Shown here piece by piece: positions 11,604 to 26,052 of a stretch of DNA of 64,000 nucleotides. A program made the translations under genes and the position numbers. How positions within the stretch are numbered: position 1 is the first letter of the stretch; the number at the start of each line of letters is the position of its first letter. The notes under the pieces are model-generated. The model was not told the DNA's origin. It saw nothing but the letters and a program-made list of their open reading frames with translations, and ran no database searches. Source of the stretch: Malacoraja senta (Eukaryota); the NCBI GenBank assembly GCA_038087875.1, contig CM075988.1:248001-312000 (forward strand). Reading direction: 5' to 3'.

Positions 11604-13585
11604 AGGAATTACAGACCAGTTAGTCTAACATCGGTAGTGGGGAAACTGCTAGAGTCAGTTATTAAAGATGGGATAGCAGCACATTTGGAAAGTGGTGAAA
11701 TCATTGGACAAAGTCAGCATGGATTTATGAAAGGTAAATCATGTCTGACGAATCTTATAGAATTTTTCGAGGATGTAACTAGTAGAGTGGATAAGGGAGA
11801 ACCAGTGGATGTGTTATATCTGGACTTTCAGAAGGCTTTCGACAAGGGCCCATATAAGAGATTAGTATACAAACTTAAAGCACATGGTATTAGGGGTCCA
11901 GTATTGATGTGGATAGAGAACTGGCTGGCAGACAGGAAGCAAAGAATATGAGTTAACGGGTCATATAACCATATAACCATATAACCATAACAGCACGGAA
12001 ACAGGCCATCTCGGCCCTTCAAGTCCGTGCCGAACATTTTTTTTTTTTTTAATTTTTAAAAAAATTAAAAATAAATACTTCCCCCTAGTCCCATCTACCT
12101 GCACTCAGACCATAACCCTCCATTCCTTTCCCGTCCATATACCCATCCAATCTATTTTTAAAGGATAACATCGGGCTGCCGTTGCGGCGACTGGCTGCGG
12201 AGCCCTCAGACTGGCCCCGATCTCGGGTGGACTAGGAGGAGGACTGGACACTTTGGTGCCTTTCCCTCACGGTGGAGAGTGTCGACTCTGCTGTGGGGGG
12301 ATGTTCATGTTGAATCTCTAAATAGTGTGTCGTGTCTTTTTTTATTCTACCTTTTTATTTTTTATTTATATGGTTAATTGTCTGTAAAGCGCTTTGGTTT
12401 CAGTAATCTGATTGAAAGGCGCTATATAAATAAACTTACTTTACTTTACTGCCTCCACCACTTCCACTGGAAGCTCATTCCACACAGCTACCACTCTGAG
12501 TAAAGAAGTTCCCCCTAATGTTCCCCCTAGACAGAAGACAGAAGGGTCCTTTTCAGAATGGCAGGCAGTGACTAGTGGGGTACCGCAAGGCTCAGTGCTG
12601 GGACCCCAGCTATTTACAATATATATTAATGATTTGGACGAGGGAATTGAATGCAGCATCTCCAAGCTTACGGATGACACGAAGCTGGGGGGCAGTGTTA
12701 GCTGTGAGGAGGATGCTAGGAGGCTGCAAGATGACTTGGATAGGCTGGGTGAGTGGGCAAATGCATGGCAGATGCAGTATAATGTGGATAAATGTGAGGT
12801 TATCCACTTTGGTGGCAAAAACAGGAAAGTAGACTATTACCTGAATGGTGGCCGATTAGGAAAAGGGGAGATGCAATGAGACCTGGGTGTCATGGTATAC
12901 CAGTCATTGAAAGTAGGCATGCAGGTGCAGCAGGCAGTGAAGAAAGCGAATGGTATGTTAGCATTCATAGCAAAAGGATTTGAGTATAGGAGCAGGGAGG
13001 TTCTACTGCAGTTGTACAGGGTCTTGGTGAGACCACACCTGGAGTATTGCGTACAGTTTTGGTCTCCTAATCTGAGGAAGCACATTCTTGCCATAGAGGG
13101 AGTACAGAGAAGGTTCACCAGACTGATTCCTGGGATGTCAGGACTTTCATATGAAGAAAAACTGGATAGACTCGGCTTGTGCTCGCTAGAATTTAGAAGA
13201 TTGAGGGGGATCTTATAGAAACTTACAAAATTCTTAAGGGGTTGGACAGGCTAGATGCAGGAAGATTGTTCCAGATGTTGGGGAAATCCAGAACAAGGGG
13301 TCAGTATAAGGATAAAGGGGAAATCTTTTAGGACTGAGATGAGAAAAACATTTTTTACACAGAGTGGTGAATCTCTGGAATTCTCTGCCACAGATTGTAG
13401 TTGAGGCCAGTTCATTGGCTATATTTAAGAGGGAGTTAGATGTGGCCCTTGTGGCTAAAGGGGTCAGGGGGTTTGGATAGAAAGCAGGTACAGGATACTG
13501 AGTTGGATGATCAGCCATGATCATATTGAATGGTGGTGCAGGCTCGAAGGGCCGAATGACCTACTCCTGCACCTATTTTCTGTTT
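11604..13585 (+). mobile_element. CR1 family A, RT to 3' UTR, interrupted by insertions
   Basis: QHGFMKGKSCLTNL and GVPQGSVLGP motifs; near-identical to 24640-26030. Confidence 0.9.
11963..12543 (-). mobile_element. CR1 family B 3' end inserted in CR1-A, itself carrying a + strand retroposon tail at about 12173-12448
   Basis: (accatata)n tail; gggtc duplicated on both sides; inner piece ends gcgctatataaataaacttactt. Confidence 0.8.
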
Positions 13586-13708
13586 CCCCATCATCGTTTT
13601 TTCTCTCTCCACCATGTCCAACCCTCCCTCCCCCCCCCCCTCCACCACTCTCCCTACTCTATATTTTCGCCTCCTTCACTGGCATCAACCGCGGCTGCTC
13701 CCTCTTAC

Positions 13709-13882
13709 CTTTCCGGAGATCTCCATCAGCCAAGAGGTGCAGCATCTGGTTCAAGGTCCCTACAAACAGCAAATGCCGCAGTTGGATAATCGAAACCCAG
13801 AGCAGGTGTGCAAAAAAGAGCCGGGAGAGAACGCACTTCTTGAACGATAGAAGCTGTCCCTGGTTTTCCCTGGCCACCGAGT
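13709..13882 (-). CDS. slc43a3: SLC43A3-like exon (174 bp, phase 1-1)
   Basis: ctgcag|ACTCGG...GGAAAG|gtaag; ...SFKKCVLSRLFFAHLLWVSIIQLRHLLFVGTLNQMLHLLADGDLRK, compare [33 protein letters not shown]. Confidence 0.92.
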
Positions 13883-14162
13883 CTGCAGCGAGAAACAGAA
13901 CATATTTGAGGCAGCCTGATTTTTATATCATATTTTCATGCCGTATTTATCGAGACACTTATGCTTGATGCTGTAGAGCATGCCGATAGTTGACCATGCG
14001 GGTGTCCCTGGGACACATTGTATTCACCGAGAATAACTTGGAAAACAGCGTGATCAGTATGGGGAATACAAATATGCTGGAACAGTTTGAGATCAAGGAT
14101 ATGGTGATGAGGCTCGTGAAGAGCATTATGGTTGATTAGTCCCCAGTGCCTCACAGCACTTA

Positions 14163-14720
14163 TACCAGGTTATTGGGGAGGCAAGACATGAGATTGCGGG
14201 GGCCTTGACGAGGATTTTGGTTTCTTCTCCAGCCAGAGGTGCGGTCCCAGAAGACTGGAAAATGGTCAATATACAACTTTGTTTAAAAAGTGGAGTGGAA
14301 AGAATCTAGGGAAGTACAGAAGCTATTCAAAATATGATTTAATTGCTTTGTAGAATAGGCTAATTGGGGATACAGCCTGGCTTTGTACGCGGCGCCGTGT
14401 TTTACTAATTTGATTGAGTTTTTTTATGGAGGGGGCGAGGGGGGATATTGATGATATTGATTGGTGGTGAATATTGTACAAATGGGTTTTAGTATGGCTT
14501 TTGATAAGGTCCGGCATGCGAGGCTGATCCAGTAGATTAAGATGCACAGGATTGATTGTATGGATTCAGAACTGGGATATTCATAGGAGACGCATCATAT
14601 CAGAACCGGCATAGGTTGTGATGGAAGATAGATATTCTGGTTAGATGTCTGTGATCAATGGAGTTCGACAAGGGGCTTTACTGGGACCTCTGCTGTTCTC
14701 CGCGCTGATATTTATAAATA
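14163..14720 (+). mobile_element. Old CR1 RT, left part of a copy split by about 22 kb of insertions
   Basis: Decayed gctttt-gataagg (AFDK) and caagggg..ctgggacctctgctg (QGS-LGP) motifs; continues at 31462-31582, 33209-33220 and 36487-36985. Confidence 0.7.
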
Positions 14721-14722
14721 AA

Positions 14723-15446
14723 CTAGACCAAGTGCAGACCCCTTGGGTCTGCTCCTCCAATGCACCAGTTCCATACCCGTAGTCCTCACAGGAGTGGTCC
14801 TCCAACTCAAGCCATTCCCAAACATAAGATTCCAGCACTCCCCTTGCCTTCCTCGGCAGTGATCTTAAAAAAAAATTCCAATTGCACTTGTCCTGCGTGT
14901 TGCAATAGCAAATCGCCCTCCCCCGACTAGTCGAGCCAATGTGACATCATCAGTTGAAGCTGGTCGGTTTACAATTCAAAGTATTTTGATTTTTCTTTTA
15001 CTTTAATCAGTAATGTCAAGAAATAAAGCATAAAATGTTCAGTGAGTGTTCTCTACCTTGAGGGGGAAAATGTGAAACAGAATATGTAAAAATCTTGTGA
15101 AGGTTGGCATTTTTAAAGCTATAATCACGAATAACGTGTCAAATATAGGATGACATCTTCATTGCGGCTGGTCTCTGCTAGCTGAGCCATTGTGACGTCA
15201 GTTGAAGCTGGTGGTTTTTATTTCAAAGTCTTTTGACTGTTTTAGACTTTTAATCAGTAATGAGTCGAGAATAAGTCAGAAATAATGCATAAAAACTTCA
15301 GATAAGGTGATCACGGCCTCGGTGGGAAAAATGTCAACCGGAATATATTAAAATGTTATCGTTACCGCATAGTGTTTTTGTGAAGATGTCAACCACATAT
15401 ACAGACACACATATACACACTAACAAGATCAGACTTTTAATAATAT
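14723..15446 (-). mobile_element. Non-autonomous Helitron
   Basis: 3' hairpin GCAGACCC/GGGTCTGC plus CTAG|T; AT-rich 5' end tatattattaaaagtctgatcttg; internal imperfect duplication of about 250 bp. Confidence 0.72.
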
Positions 15447-15734
15447 ACTAGACTAAGTGGGACCCGTTGGGTCCCATGTTCACACAGGAGGGCTGGTCCC
15501 CCTCCCACCAATATTCCACCTCCCCACCAATTCCAATATTGGTGGCCAGCAGGAGGGGGGCTTTCTGGAGCACTAGTATAGGTGTTGTGGGCTGAAGGGA
15601 CTGGTTTCCAGAGGGCTAGTATGGACATTGTGGACCGAATGGATTCTTGGGCTGGCAGCTCAGTCACTTAAGCAAGGCATGCTGACAACTCACTCACTCA
15701 CGGCTGGTGGGCTGGTAATTGACTCATGGCTATT

Positions 15735-17050
15735 CCTTCAAATTCCATTTCAAGCATGGTGCAAGGCTACCAAATTCAAATGCAGTTTGCTACCATTTCA
15801 AGCAGGGTGCAAGGACACAAAATTCAAGTGCAGTTTCCTACCACTGCAAGCAGGGTGCAAGGCGACCAAATTCAAGTGCAGTTTCATACCACTTCAAGCA
15901 GGGTGCAAGGCAACCAAATTCAAATGCAGTTTCATGCCACTTCAAGCAGGGTGCAAGGGCACCAAATTCAAATGCAGTTTCATGCCATTTCAAGCACGGT
16001 GCAAGGCCACCAAATTCGAAAGCAGTTTCATGCCACTTCAAGCAGGGTGTAAGGCACCAAATTCAAATGCAGTTTCATGCCATTTCAAGCAGGGTGCAAA
16101 GGCACCAAATTCAAATAATCATATAACCATTACAGCACGGAAACAGGCCATCTCGGCCCTTCAAGTCCGTGCCGAACATTTTTTAAATATATTTTTAAAA
16201 ATAAATACTTCCCCCTAGTCCCATCTACCTGCACTCAGACCATAACCCTCCATTCCTTTCCCGTCCATATACCCATCCAATCTATTTTTAAAGGATAAAA
16301 TCGAACCAGCCTCCACCACTTCCACTGGAAGCTCATTCCACACAGCTACCACTCTCTGAGTAAAGAAGTTCCCCCTAATGTTACCCCTAAACTTCTGTCC
16401 CTTAATTCTCAAGTCATGTCCCCTTGTTTGAATCTTCCCCTCTCAATGGAAAAAGCTTATCCACGTCAACTCTGTCTAACCCGCTCAGAATTTTAAAGAC
16501 CTCTATCAAGTCCCCTCTTAACCTTCTGTGCTCCAAAGAATAAAGACCTAACTTGTTCAACCTTTCTCTGTAACTTCGTTGCTGAAACCCAGGCAACATT
16601 CTAGTAAATCTCCTCTGTACTCTCTCTATTTTGTTGACATCCTTCCTATAATTAGGCGACCAAATGCAGTTTCATGCCACTTCAAGCAGGGTGCAAGGCC
16701 ACCAAATTCAAATGGTTTCATACCATTTCAAGCAGGGTGCAAGGCCACCAAATTCAAGTGCAGTTTCATACCACTTCAAGCAAGGTGCAAGGACAACAAA
16801 CTCAAGTGCAGTTTCATACCACTTCAAGCAGGGTGCTAGGCCACCAAATTCAAGTGCAGTTTCATACCATTTCAAGCAGGGTGCAAGGCCACCAAATTCA
16901 AAGGCAGTTTCATACCACTGAAGCAGGATGCACAGTCACCAAATTCAAATGCAGTTTCATACCATTTCAAGCAGGCTGCAAGGCCACCAAATTCAAGTGC
17001 AGTTTCATACAATTTCAAGCAGGGTGCAAGGCCATCAAATTCAAGTTCAG
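15735..17050. repeat. 48-bp tandem repeat interrupted by CR1-B
   Basis: Unit CCACTTCAAGCAGGGTGCAAGGCCACCAAATTCAAATGCAGTTTCATG; about 8 copies on each side of the LINE. Confidence 0.92.
16117..16662 (-). mobile_element. CR1 family B 3' fragment
   Basis: Near-identical to 55928-56500. Confidence 0.9.
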
Positions 17051-20000
17051 TTTTATTTCGAAGTCACGCTCGGACAGGTAAGTCAATTTTTAGCGGGACG
17101 CTCCGATAGCGGGCCCGAAGTAGCTATGGAGGCGGCCGGGGTTTGGGCCGCCATGGAAGCTCCATAGGAGCTAGAGAGTAATTTTGCTCTACCGCCGTTC
17201 GAGCCCCGCTCGGGAGCAGGCGGCCAAAATTGCAGGCCGCTGTGGGGCTCCATAGGAGCTGGGATTGTGGCGGCCGCCGTTCGAACGGCTGCCGGTATCA
17301 GAGCTCCGAATGGAAGCAGGCAGCCAGATTTGCAGACAGCCGTGGGGCTCAGTAAGGAGCTAGGATTCATATATTGCGGCTGCCTGAAGGCATGAGGTTT
17401 GCAGCAGCCGGTGAGTTAAAAATAGCCGCGGCCGGGAGGTAAGCTCAGCTGCCGTAGCACCGAGCAATTTTAAACAAAGTTACTGCTACAGCTATGCTGC
17501 AGCAGCATATAGTGTATGCTTTATTTTGGGCGGCTATAAATAGTTAGCATTAATAGCAGTTGCCACTCGGTCACGCTTGTGACTATCGTAGTCAATAGCA
17601 TTCTAAAGTCATGTTTAATTCTTTGGCAATATAACAATATATCTTATGCCAATAAAGTTTATGTTAAAAATGATAATTACAAAGGACATTTATTATCACA
17701 TACACCAATGGTGAAGTGAAATTGGACTTGCCATTGCAGTCCAGAGCTCCTGGCTTAGGAAGCCTTTGTTGAGCTGTGCCTATCAGTGGGAGCTACACCT
17801 GGTGGCGTCATGATAATTTCTGCTCACTAGAAGGGACTGTTGAAGATTCTTTTACAAGAGACTCCAACTATGTGCATATCGATAAAGCGGTCGAATCTCT
17901 GATTTAATGGGGATAGGCTTCTTTTAATCATATGAACATAATTGCCTATGACAACACCTGGCAGGGTTGCAGTATTTCTCCCACTCTGTCTGGCGTATGG
18001 GGGCCAGAGGCACTCCAGTCCTTCCCTGTAATACTCCGTTGGGGCTCCAAAAGGGAGCAAGGACTCGGAGTCACTAGCAGGTGCATCCTGTTTGGTAAGT
18101 ATAATGATACCAACAGAGCACCGATCTGCAAAGCTAGTCCCGGTTCGGCTGCTGAAGGGAGCAGCCTGACAACCCCGAGTCGGGGCAAAGTTATAGCCAA
18201 GTCTGTGGGACAAGTCTTGTCGGATGATTTGGGACATCTATGGCAGATGTGATTGGGCGTTTGTCTCAATTAGACCATCTGATGAATCAGATAGTCACAC
18301 AAGAAATGCTCCGTGTTACGAAGGCATGTCAGGCAGCAGCTCCTGGTTCAGGGTTGCAATATTCCACCCACTCGGATGAAAGGAGTAGTGGAGATGATGC
18401 CAAAGTATATGCACATATGCCTGAAGCAGCTCCTGGTTCAGGGTTGCAATATTCCTCCCACTCGGATGAACGGAGCGATGGAGATGGTATCAAAGTATAT
18501 GCACACAGGCCTGAGGCAGCTCCTGGTTCAGGGTTGCATAAATCCTCCCACTCGGATGTATGAAGTGATGGAGATGGTGCCATATATTATGCTCCGTATT
18601 ACGGAAGCATGCACAGGCAGTTCAAGTCATATGCCTGTAGCTGCCCCTGGTTTCAGGGTTGGTATATTCCTCCCACCCGAAAGTCTATCGGAGACGGTGT
18701 CACAAAATATGCTCTGGAAGCATGCACAGGCAGTCTGAGGCATATGCATATGGCAACGCCTGGCTCAGGGTGCAATATTTCTCCCACTCTAAGAGAGTGT
18801 CAGAGATCAGTATGGACTGACTCCAAACATGACCCCGAACATGACTATGTGCCTGGATCCCATGCTTTAATGCATGATGTGCGACAATCGCATAAGGAAG
18901 AGCTGCCTGCTTTGGCTCTAAATTTGCTTTTCCCTCGGGGACGGACAAGCCACTACAAGAGTTGGCCAGCGGCAGCAGCTATCTAACAGAAATGACAAGC
19001 ATGACAGACAGGGTCTGTAAATGGAACTTCGCTGAAGCTCCAACAAAGAAAATCGACCCGGGGTTAGAGACGCTGGTAAGTAAGGTCTCGTTATTAACCT
19101 CCGTAAACTCCGAAATGGAGCAGTCTGTCGGCCCAGGTTGGGTTTACTGACAGCATGGGCTGTCTAGTCATTTTCACTGTCTCTGGGATATATCAGGTTG
19201 ATGTAGAGACATTGGCAAGGTGCCTTGCATAGTAACCTCTGTAAGTTCCAAGTAGGAACAGTTTGGTTACCCTGGATCAGGGTAGACCATGGACCACCAT
19301 AGGGGTCACAGTGACCAGGAAAGCACTGCTTCATCATCTGTAATTGAGGTTATTAGACTGCTCAATCGAATGAAGTAGTTGAAGTCTTTCTCAGCATATG
19401 GTTTATTTCTCCTGTTAGTAGAGTTGCTGGTTCATTGGAATCATCATTGCAATCCTCTGGGACAGGTAGTTACCAGCAGGAAGCTCGTCTGGCATATACC
19501 TGCAGGTTCATGTTGTGAATCAACAATGTATTTATAATAATCCATAGGCTCTCAATACCAGTATTCCTGATTGAGTGGCGGGTCGAAGAGATTGTGTTGT
19601 GCACTATGGCGACTTAGACATGTGGTTTCAGTCAAAGGACTGCGAGATAATTCCTGTTTCAGCTTTGCATTATACTAACTTCCACTCTGAAGGAAAACGT
19701 TGAGTATTCATGGTGCCTCTTAGTCAAGAGTTGACAGGGTACTCGTATTCCCACATCTAAGGGAGACTGTGGTTTCAGCTCTAGTCATTAGCTGCTGATT
19801 ATATGTTATCAGCGATATGTATGAATAACTAGATAATGCATGGTAGGGAAGCCAAAAAAAAAATCAGTCCATAGGATCCATAGAGTAACAGTGCAATCAG
19901 TGACAGCTCATCCGAGGATGAGTGGTCTGGCCAAGGACTAGAGGGGTATATTTCTGATACTTCTCAAGATTACAGAACTATGGTGCAGGCCGAATCGGGT

Positions 20001-21630
20001 TAGCATTTGGCTAATCGGATTAGGGGTTTTCTTACCCAGTTTAAGATGGCTGATTGGGTTTCTGCAATTTAACTGACTCAGAGAATCGATCTTGTAGTTG
20101 CATACTCTGTCATATCTATACACATAAGGCAGAGATTCTGCTGTTTTGATAACAAAGCTAGTGGTGAAAGCCTATGCTGCCCATCTCAGATTAAAGGGCA
20201 TTGTGTCATCGAGTTTTAAGTTATATGCTAAAATTGCAGCTAATAAAACTTATGGGTTGTCGGTAGATATCTTTTGCGATATTACAAATGGGGCAACATG
20301 AAATTTAACAGTACCAATTTGCCTATTCAATCACGTCATGGTAGGCGGCTGAAGCAACTCTTATTTACTCAGTCACCAGTGACGGCTGGGACAGCCTATC
20401 TTCTCGGGCAGCTAGCACTGCACGATTGTATTAGAAGCTTGTGAACAACATATGTGAGTCAATTTTAAACGGAAGTAACAGAGGTTTGTGTGGCTTCCAG
20501 TTTGAGCCTAGAGAAACTTTTATGTGATAGCACAATTGACATTGCTTGTGCTGCTTTATCATTTTCTGTGGTACCATAAGTGGGACATAAATTATTGGTT
20601 ATTCACCCAATATTCTCTAACGTTATTTGACCAATCTAATAGCCTACACTCATTGTAGTGTGCTATGTATATCAGTAAATTGTTATGCAAATATTCCTCT
20701 ATTTTTTCCTAATGGGACCTGTATCTTAAGATGATTATGCTTTCAGCAACTGATCTCAGCATAAAGAACACAGCCTTTACTCAATCTCTGGCTTAGTCTC
20801 TGCATCATAACTGACATTAGGGTAGCTTGTTACAGAAATAATCTCATAAGCAAATGAGCAGGATTGCGTACATTTGAGATTTATAGCATACCCACCAGAG
20901 CAGAGATCGGGGATATCATTAGGTATACAAGTGTACTCAGTTGCTAGTACCTATGAAATGAAAGATAGTTCTTTTGTTATTTAATAGTCTCAAGATATTG
21001 CTGATGGCTCATTAGCAGCCAAGAGAATGGATTTCCCTTTCATCATACAGCATGAGGTTTACATAGTGCAGGTTAATAAATTATAAAATTTGGTGGAATA
21101 TGTCTGGATATTTGCAGATAGAATTATGCACAGTGTTGCATGAGTTATTGTCTAACTGGACTATGGTCCAGTTAAGAACAATGGCCATGTATGCAAGTTA
21201 GCATCATGATATTAATAACACATGTTTTTTCCTACCATTAATGGTTTATCTGTTTAAATGTTTCACACATAGATTGTGTCACTGCATGAAACCACAGAGC
21301 TTTGAAATGTTCACGTAGTCACTCACGTGACTTCGAAATAAAATAGAAAGATTAAACGAGAACTTACCGTTTGAAGTTTGATCTTAATTTTATGAGAAGT
21401 TGAAGTGAGGGATTACGTGCCCTCCACTCCCAACCCTATTCTCTTAAAGATCATTCGGTAGTTCTAGCTCGTTAATCTTCCTATAGCTTAGGTCAGCAAC
21501 TATTCTGTGGTTTCATACAGCTACTTTGAAGAAATGACGCGCATGCAGGTTGGCGGGCTCTTCACGTAATCCCTCACTTCAACTTCTCATAAAATAAAGA
21601 TCAAACTTCAAACGGTAAGTTCTCGTTCAT
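17051..21630 (+). mobile_element. Decayed or non-autonomous DIRS1-type retrotransposon
   Basis: Left terminus ttttatttcgaagtcacg and right terminus ...caaacggtaagttctcgtt are both complemented, back to back, in an internal complementary region at about 21311-21420; no intact RT or YR ORF. Confidence 0.8.
18330..18790. repeat. 90-bp tandem repeat inside the DIRS element
   Basis: gcagctcctggttcagggttgca recurs at a 90-bp period, with degenerate copies beyond; 30-aa repeat in ORF 18240-18563. Confidence 0.8.
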
Positions 21631-23768
21631 CGAAGGGAAAAATCCTCTGCACCTGATGAGCGAAGGGGGACTCAGAAAGATGGCCAAAAATCACAGCCAC
21701 AAGCGGTAGCGTTTTTTCTAAAATCAATATATATTGCAAACAGGAAGTGGTCAAGTTTAGACTTTTAATTATAAGCTTTTTCAAACCAACCACTTCCACC
21801 ACATTTGCTTAGCTTTTTCAAACCAACCACCACCACACATTTGCTTAGCTATTTCAAACCAACCACCACCACCACCATATTTGCTTAGCTTTTTCAAACC
21901 AACCACCACCACCACTGCATTTGCTTAGCTTTTCAAACCAACCACCACTGCATTTGCTTAGCATTTTCAAACTAACCACCAAGACATTTGCTTAGGTTTT
22001 TCAATCCAAACACCACCACCTCATTTGCTTAGCTTTTACAAACGAACCACCACCACTACAACCACATTTGCTTAGCTTTTTCAAACCAACCACCACCACA
22101 TTTGCTTAGCTTTTTAAAACCAACCACCACCACATTTGCTTAGCTTTTTCAAACCAACCACCACCATTACCACATTTGCTTAACTTTTTCCAACCAACCA
22201 CCACCACATTTGCTTAGCTTTTTCATACCAACCACCATTACCACCACCACATTTGCTTAGCTTTTTCAAACCAACCACCACCACCACCACATTTGCTTAG
22301 CTTTTTCAAATCAACCACAACCACCACATTTGCTTAGGTTTTCAAACCAACTACCACCAACACATTTGCCTAGCTTTTCCAAACGAAGCACCACAACCAC
22401 CACCACATTTGCTTAGCTTTTTCAGACCAACCACCACGACCACCACATTTGTATAGCTTTTTCAAACCAACCACCATGACCACATTTCCTTAGCTTTTTC
22501 AAACCAACCACCACCACCACACCACATTTGCTTAGCTTTTTCAAATCATCCACCACCACCACCACTTTTACATAGCTTTTCAAATCAACCACCACCACCA
22601 CCACATTTGCTTAGCTTTTTCAAACCAACCACCAACACCACCACATTTGCTTAGCTTTTACAAACCAACGACCACCACATTTGCTTAGCTTTTTCAAACC
22701 AACTACAACCACATTTGCTTAGCTTTTTCAAACCAACCACCACCACCACATTTGCTTAGCTTTTTCAAACCAACCACCACCACCACACCACATTTGCTTA
22801 GCTTTTTCAAATCATCCACCACCACCACCACTTTTACATAGCTTTTCAAACCAACCACCACCACCACCACATTTGCTTAGCTTTTTCAAACCAACCACCA
22901 ACACCACCACATTTGCTTAGCTTTTACAAACCAACGACCACCACATTTGCTTAGCTTTTTCACACCAACTACAACCACATTTGCTTAGCTTTTTCAAACC
23001 AATCACCACGACCACCACCACATTTGCTTAGCTTTTCAAACCAACCACCACCACCACTGCATTTGCTTAGCTTTTTCAAACCAACCACCACTGCATTTGC
23101 TTAGCTTTTTCAAACCAACCACCACATTTGCTTAGCTTTTTAAAACCAAACCACCACCACATTTGCTTAGATTTTTCAAACCAACCACCACCATCACCAC
23201 ATTTGCTTAACTTTTTCCAACCAACCACCACCATTTGCTTAGCTTTTTCATACCAACCACCATTACCACCACCACATTTGCTTAGCTTTTTTCAAACCAA
23301 CCACCACCACCACCACATTTGCTTAGCTTTTTCAAATCAACCACAACCACATTTGCTTAGCTTTTCAAACCAACTACCACCAACACATTTGCCTAGCTTT
23401 TCCAAACCAAACACCACCACCACCACCACATTTGCTTAGCTTTTTGAGACCAACCACCACGACCACCACATTTGCTTAGCTTTTCAAACCAACCACCATG
23501 ACCACCACCACATTTCCTTAGCTTTTTCAAACCAACCACCACCACATTTGCTTAGCTTTTATCAAACCAAGCACCACCACCACTACCACATTTGCTTAGC
23601 TTTTTCAAACCAACCACCACCACCACCACATTTGCTTAGCTTTTTCAAATCAACCACAACCATGACAACCATGACATTTGCTTAGCTTTTCAAACAACCA
23701 CAACCACCACATTTGCTTAGCTTTTTCCAAACCAACCACCACCACCACATTTGCTTAGCTTTTTCAAA

Positions 23769-26052
23769 TGGTTGAGTTCTTCATTAGGATGGAGAGTGAC
23801 ATTGTTAATTCAGAAACAACGGTTCTGAACTTAAAGAAAGGTAACTTTGAGGGTATGAGACGTGAATTGGCCAAGATTGACTGGCAATTAGTTCTAAAAG
23901 GGTTGACGGTGGATATGCAATGGAAGGCATTTAAAGACTGCTTGGATGAACTACAAAAATTGTTCATCCGAGTTTGGCAAAAGAATAAATCAGAGAAGGT
24001 AGTGCATCCGTGGATAACAAGGGAAATCAGGGATAGTTTCAAAGCAAAAGATGATGCGTACAAATTAGCCAGAAAAAGCAGCATACCAGAGGACTGGGAG
24101 AAATTCAGAGACTAGCAGAGGAGGACAAAGGGCTTAATTAGGAAAGGGAAAATAGATTATGAAAGGAAACTGGCAGGGAACATAAAAACTGACTGCAAAA
24201 GTTTTTATAGATATGTGAAGAGAAAGAGATTAGTTAAAACAAATGTAGGTCCCTTGCAGTCAGAAACAGGTGAATTGATCATGGGGAACAAGGATATGGC
24301 GGACCAATTGAATAACTACTTTAGTTCCGTCTTCACTAAGGAAGACATAAATAATCTGCCGGAAATAGCAGGGGGCCGCGGGTCAAAGGAGATGGAGGAA
24401 CTGAGTGAAATCCAGGTTAGTCGGAAAGTGGTGTTGGGTAAATTGAATGGATTAAAGGCCGATAAATCACCAGGGCCAGATAGGCTGCATCCCAGAGTAC
24501 TTAAGGAAGTAGCTCCAGAAATAGTGGATGCATTAGTGATAATTTTTCAAAACTCTTTAGATTCTGGAGTAGTTCCTGAGGATTGGAGGGTAGCAAACGT
24601 AACCCCACTTATTAAGAAGGGAGGGAGAGAGAAAACGGGGAATTACAGACCAGTTAGTCTAACATCGGTAGTGGGGAAACTGCTAGAGTCAGTTATTAAA
24701 GATGGGATAGCAGCACATTTGGAAAGTGATGAAATCATTGGACAAAGTCAGCATGGATTTACGAAAGGTAAATCGTGTCTGACGAATCTTATAGAATTTT
24801 TCGAGGATGTAACGAGTAGAGTGGATAGGGGAGAACCAGTGGATGTGTTGTATCTGGACTTTCAGAAGGCTTTCGACAAGGTACCACATAAGAGATTAGG
24901 ATACAAACTTAAATCACACGGTATTGGGGGTTCAGTATTGATGTGGATAGAGAACTGGCTGGCAAACAGGAAGCAAAGAGTAGGAGTAAACGGGTCCTTT
25001 TCACAATGGCAGGCAGTGACTAGTGGGGTACCGCAAGGCTCAGTGCTGGGACCCCAGCTATTTACAATTTATATTAATGATCTGGATGAGGGAATTGAAA
25101 GCAACATCTCCAAGTTTGCGGATGACACTAAGCTGGGGGGCAGTGTTAGCTGTGAGGAGGATGCTAGGAGACTGCAAGGTGACTTGGATAGGCTGGGTGA
25201 GTGGGCAAATGTTTGGCAGATGCAGTATAATGTGGATAAATGTGAGGTTATCCACTTTGGTGGCAAAAACGGGAAGGCAGACTATTATCTAAATGGTGGC
25301 CGATTAGGAAATGGGGAGATGCAGCGAGACCTGGGTGTCAAGGTACGCCAGTCATTGAAAGTAGGCATGCAGGTGCAGCAGGCAGTGAAGAAAGCGAATG
25401 GTATGTTGGCATTCATAGCAAGAGGATTTAAGTATAGGAGCAGGGAGGTTCTACTGCAGTTGTACAGGGTCTTGGTGAGACCACACCTGGAGTATTGCGT
25501 ACAGTTTTGGTCTCCAAATCTGAGGAAGGACATTATAGCCATAGAGGGAGTGCAGAGAAGGTTCACCAGACTGATTCCTGGGATGTCAGGACTTTCATAT
25601 GAAGAAAGACTGGATAGACTTGGCTTATACTCGCTAGAATTTAGGAGATTGAGAGGGGATCTTATAGAAACGTACAAAATTCTTATGGGGTTGGACAGGC
25701 TAGATGCAGGAAGATTGTTCCCGATGTTGGGGAAGTCCAGGACAAGGGGTCACAGCTTAAGGATAGGGGGGAAATCCTTTAAGACCGAGATGAGGAAAAA
25801 CTTTTTCACAGAGAGTGGTGAATCTCTGGAACTCTCTGCCACAGAGGGTAGTTGAGGCCAGTTCATTGGCTATATTTAAGAGGGAGTTAGATGTGGCCCT
25901 TGTGGCTAAGGGGATCAGGGGGTACGGAGAGAAGGCAGGTACGGGATACTGAGTTGGATGATCAGCCATGATCATATTGAATGGCGGTGCAGGCTCGAAG
26001 GGCCGAATGGCCTACTCCTGCACCTATTTTCTATGTATCTATGTATCTATGT
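23769..26052 (+). mobile_element. CR1 family A, 5'-truncated, young, inserted in the satellite
   Basis: 546-aa RT ORF at 24215-25855 (FADD motif), 3' UTR, (tctatgta)n tail; the satellite unit resumes after it. Confidence 0.95.

Larger units (their letters stand above)
15448..21773 (-). mobile_element. Non-autonomous Helitron with 48-bp array and nested CR1 and DIRS
   Basis: 3' hairpin GGGACCC/GGGTCCC plus CTAG|T at 15448; 5' end (21631-21773) resembles 44187-44300; 3' region resembles 51180-51429. Confidence 0.72.

Noticed and set aside
15628..17081. Cys/Lys 16-aa repeat protein (QAGCKATKFKCSF)
   Set aside because: Translation of a 48-bp array open in several frames inside a Helitron and split by a LINE
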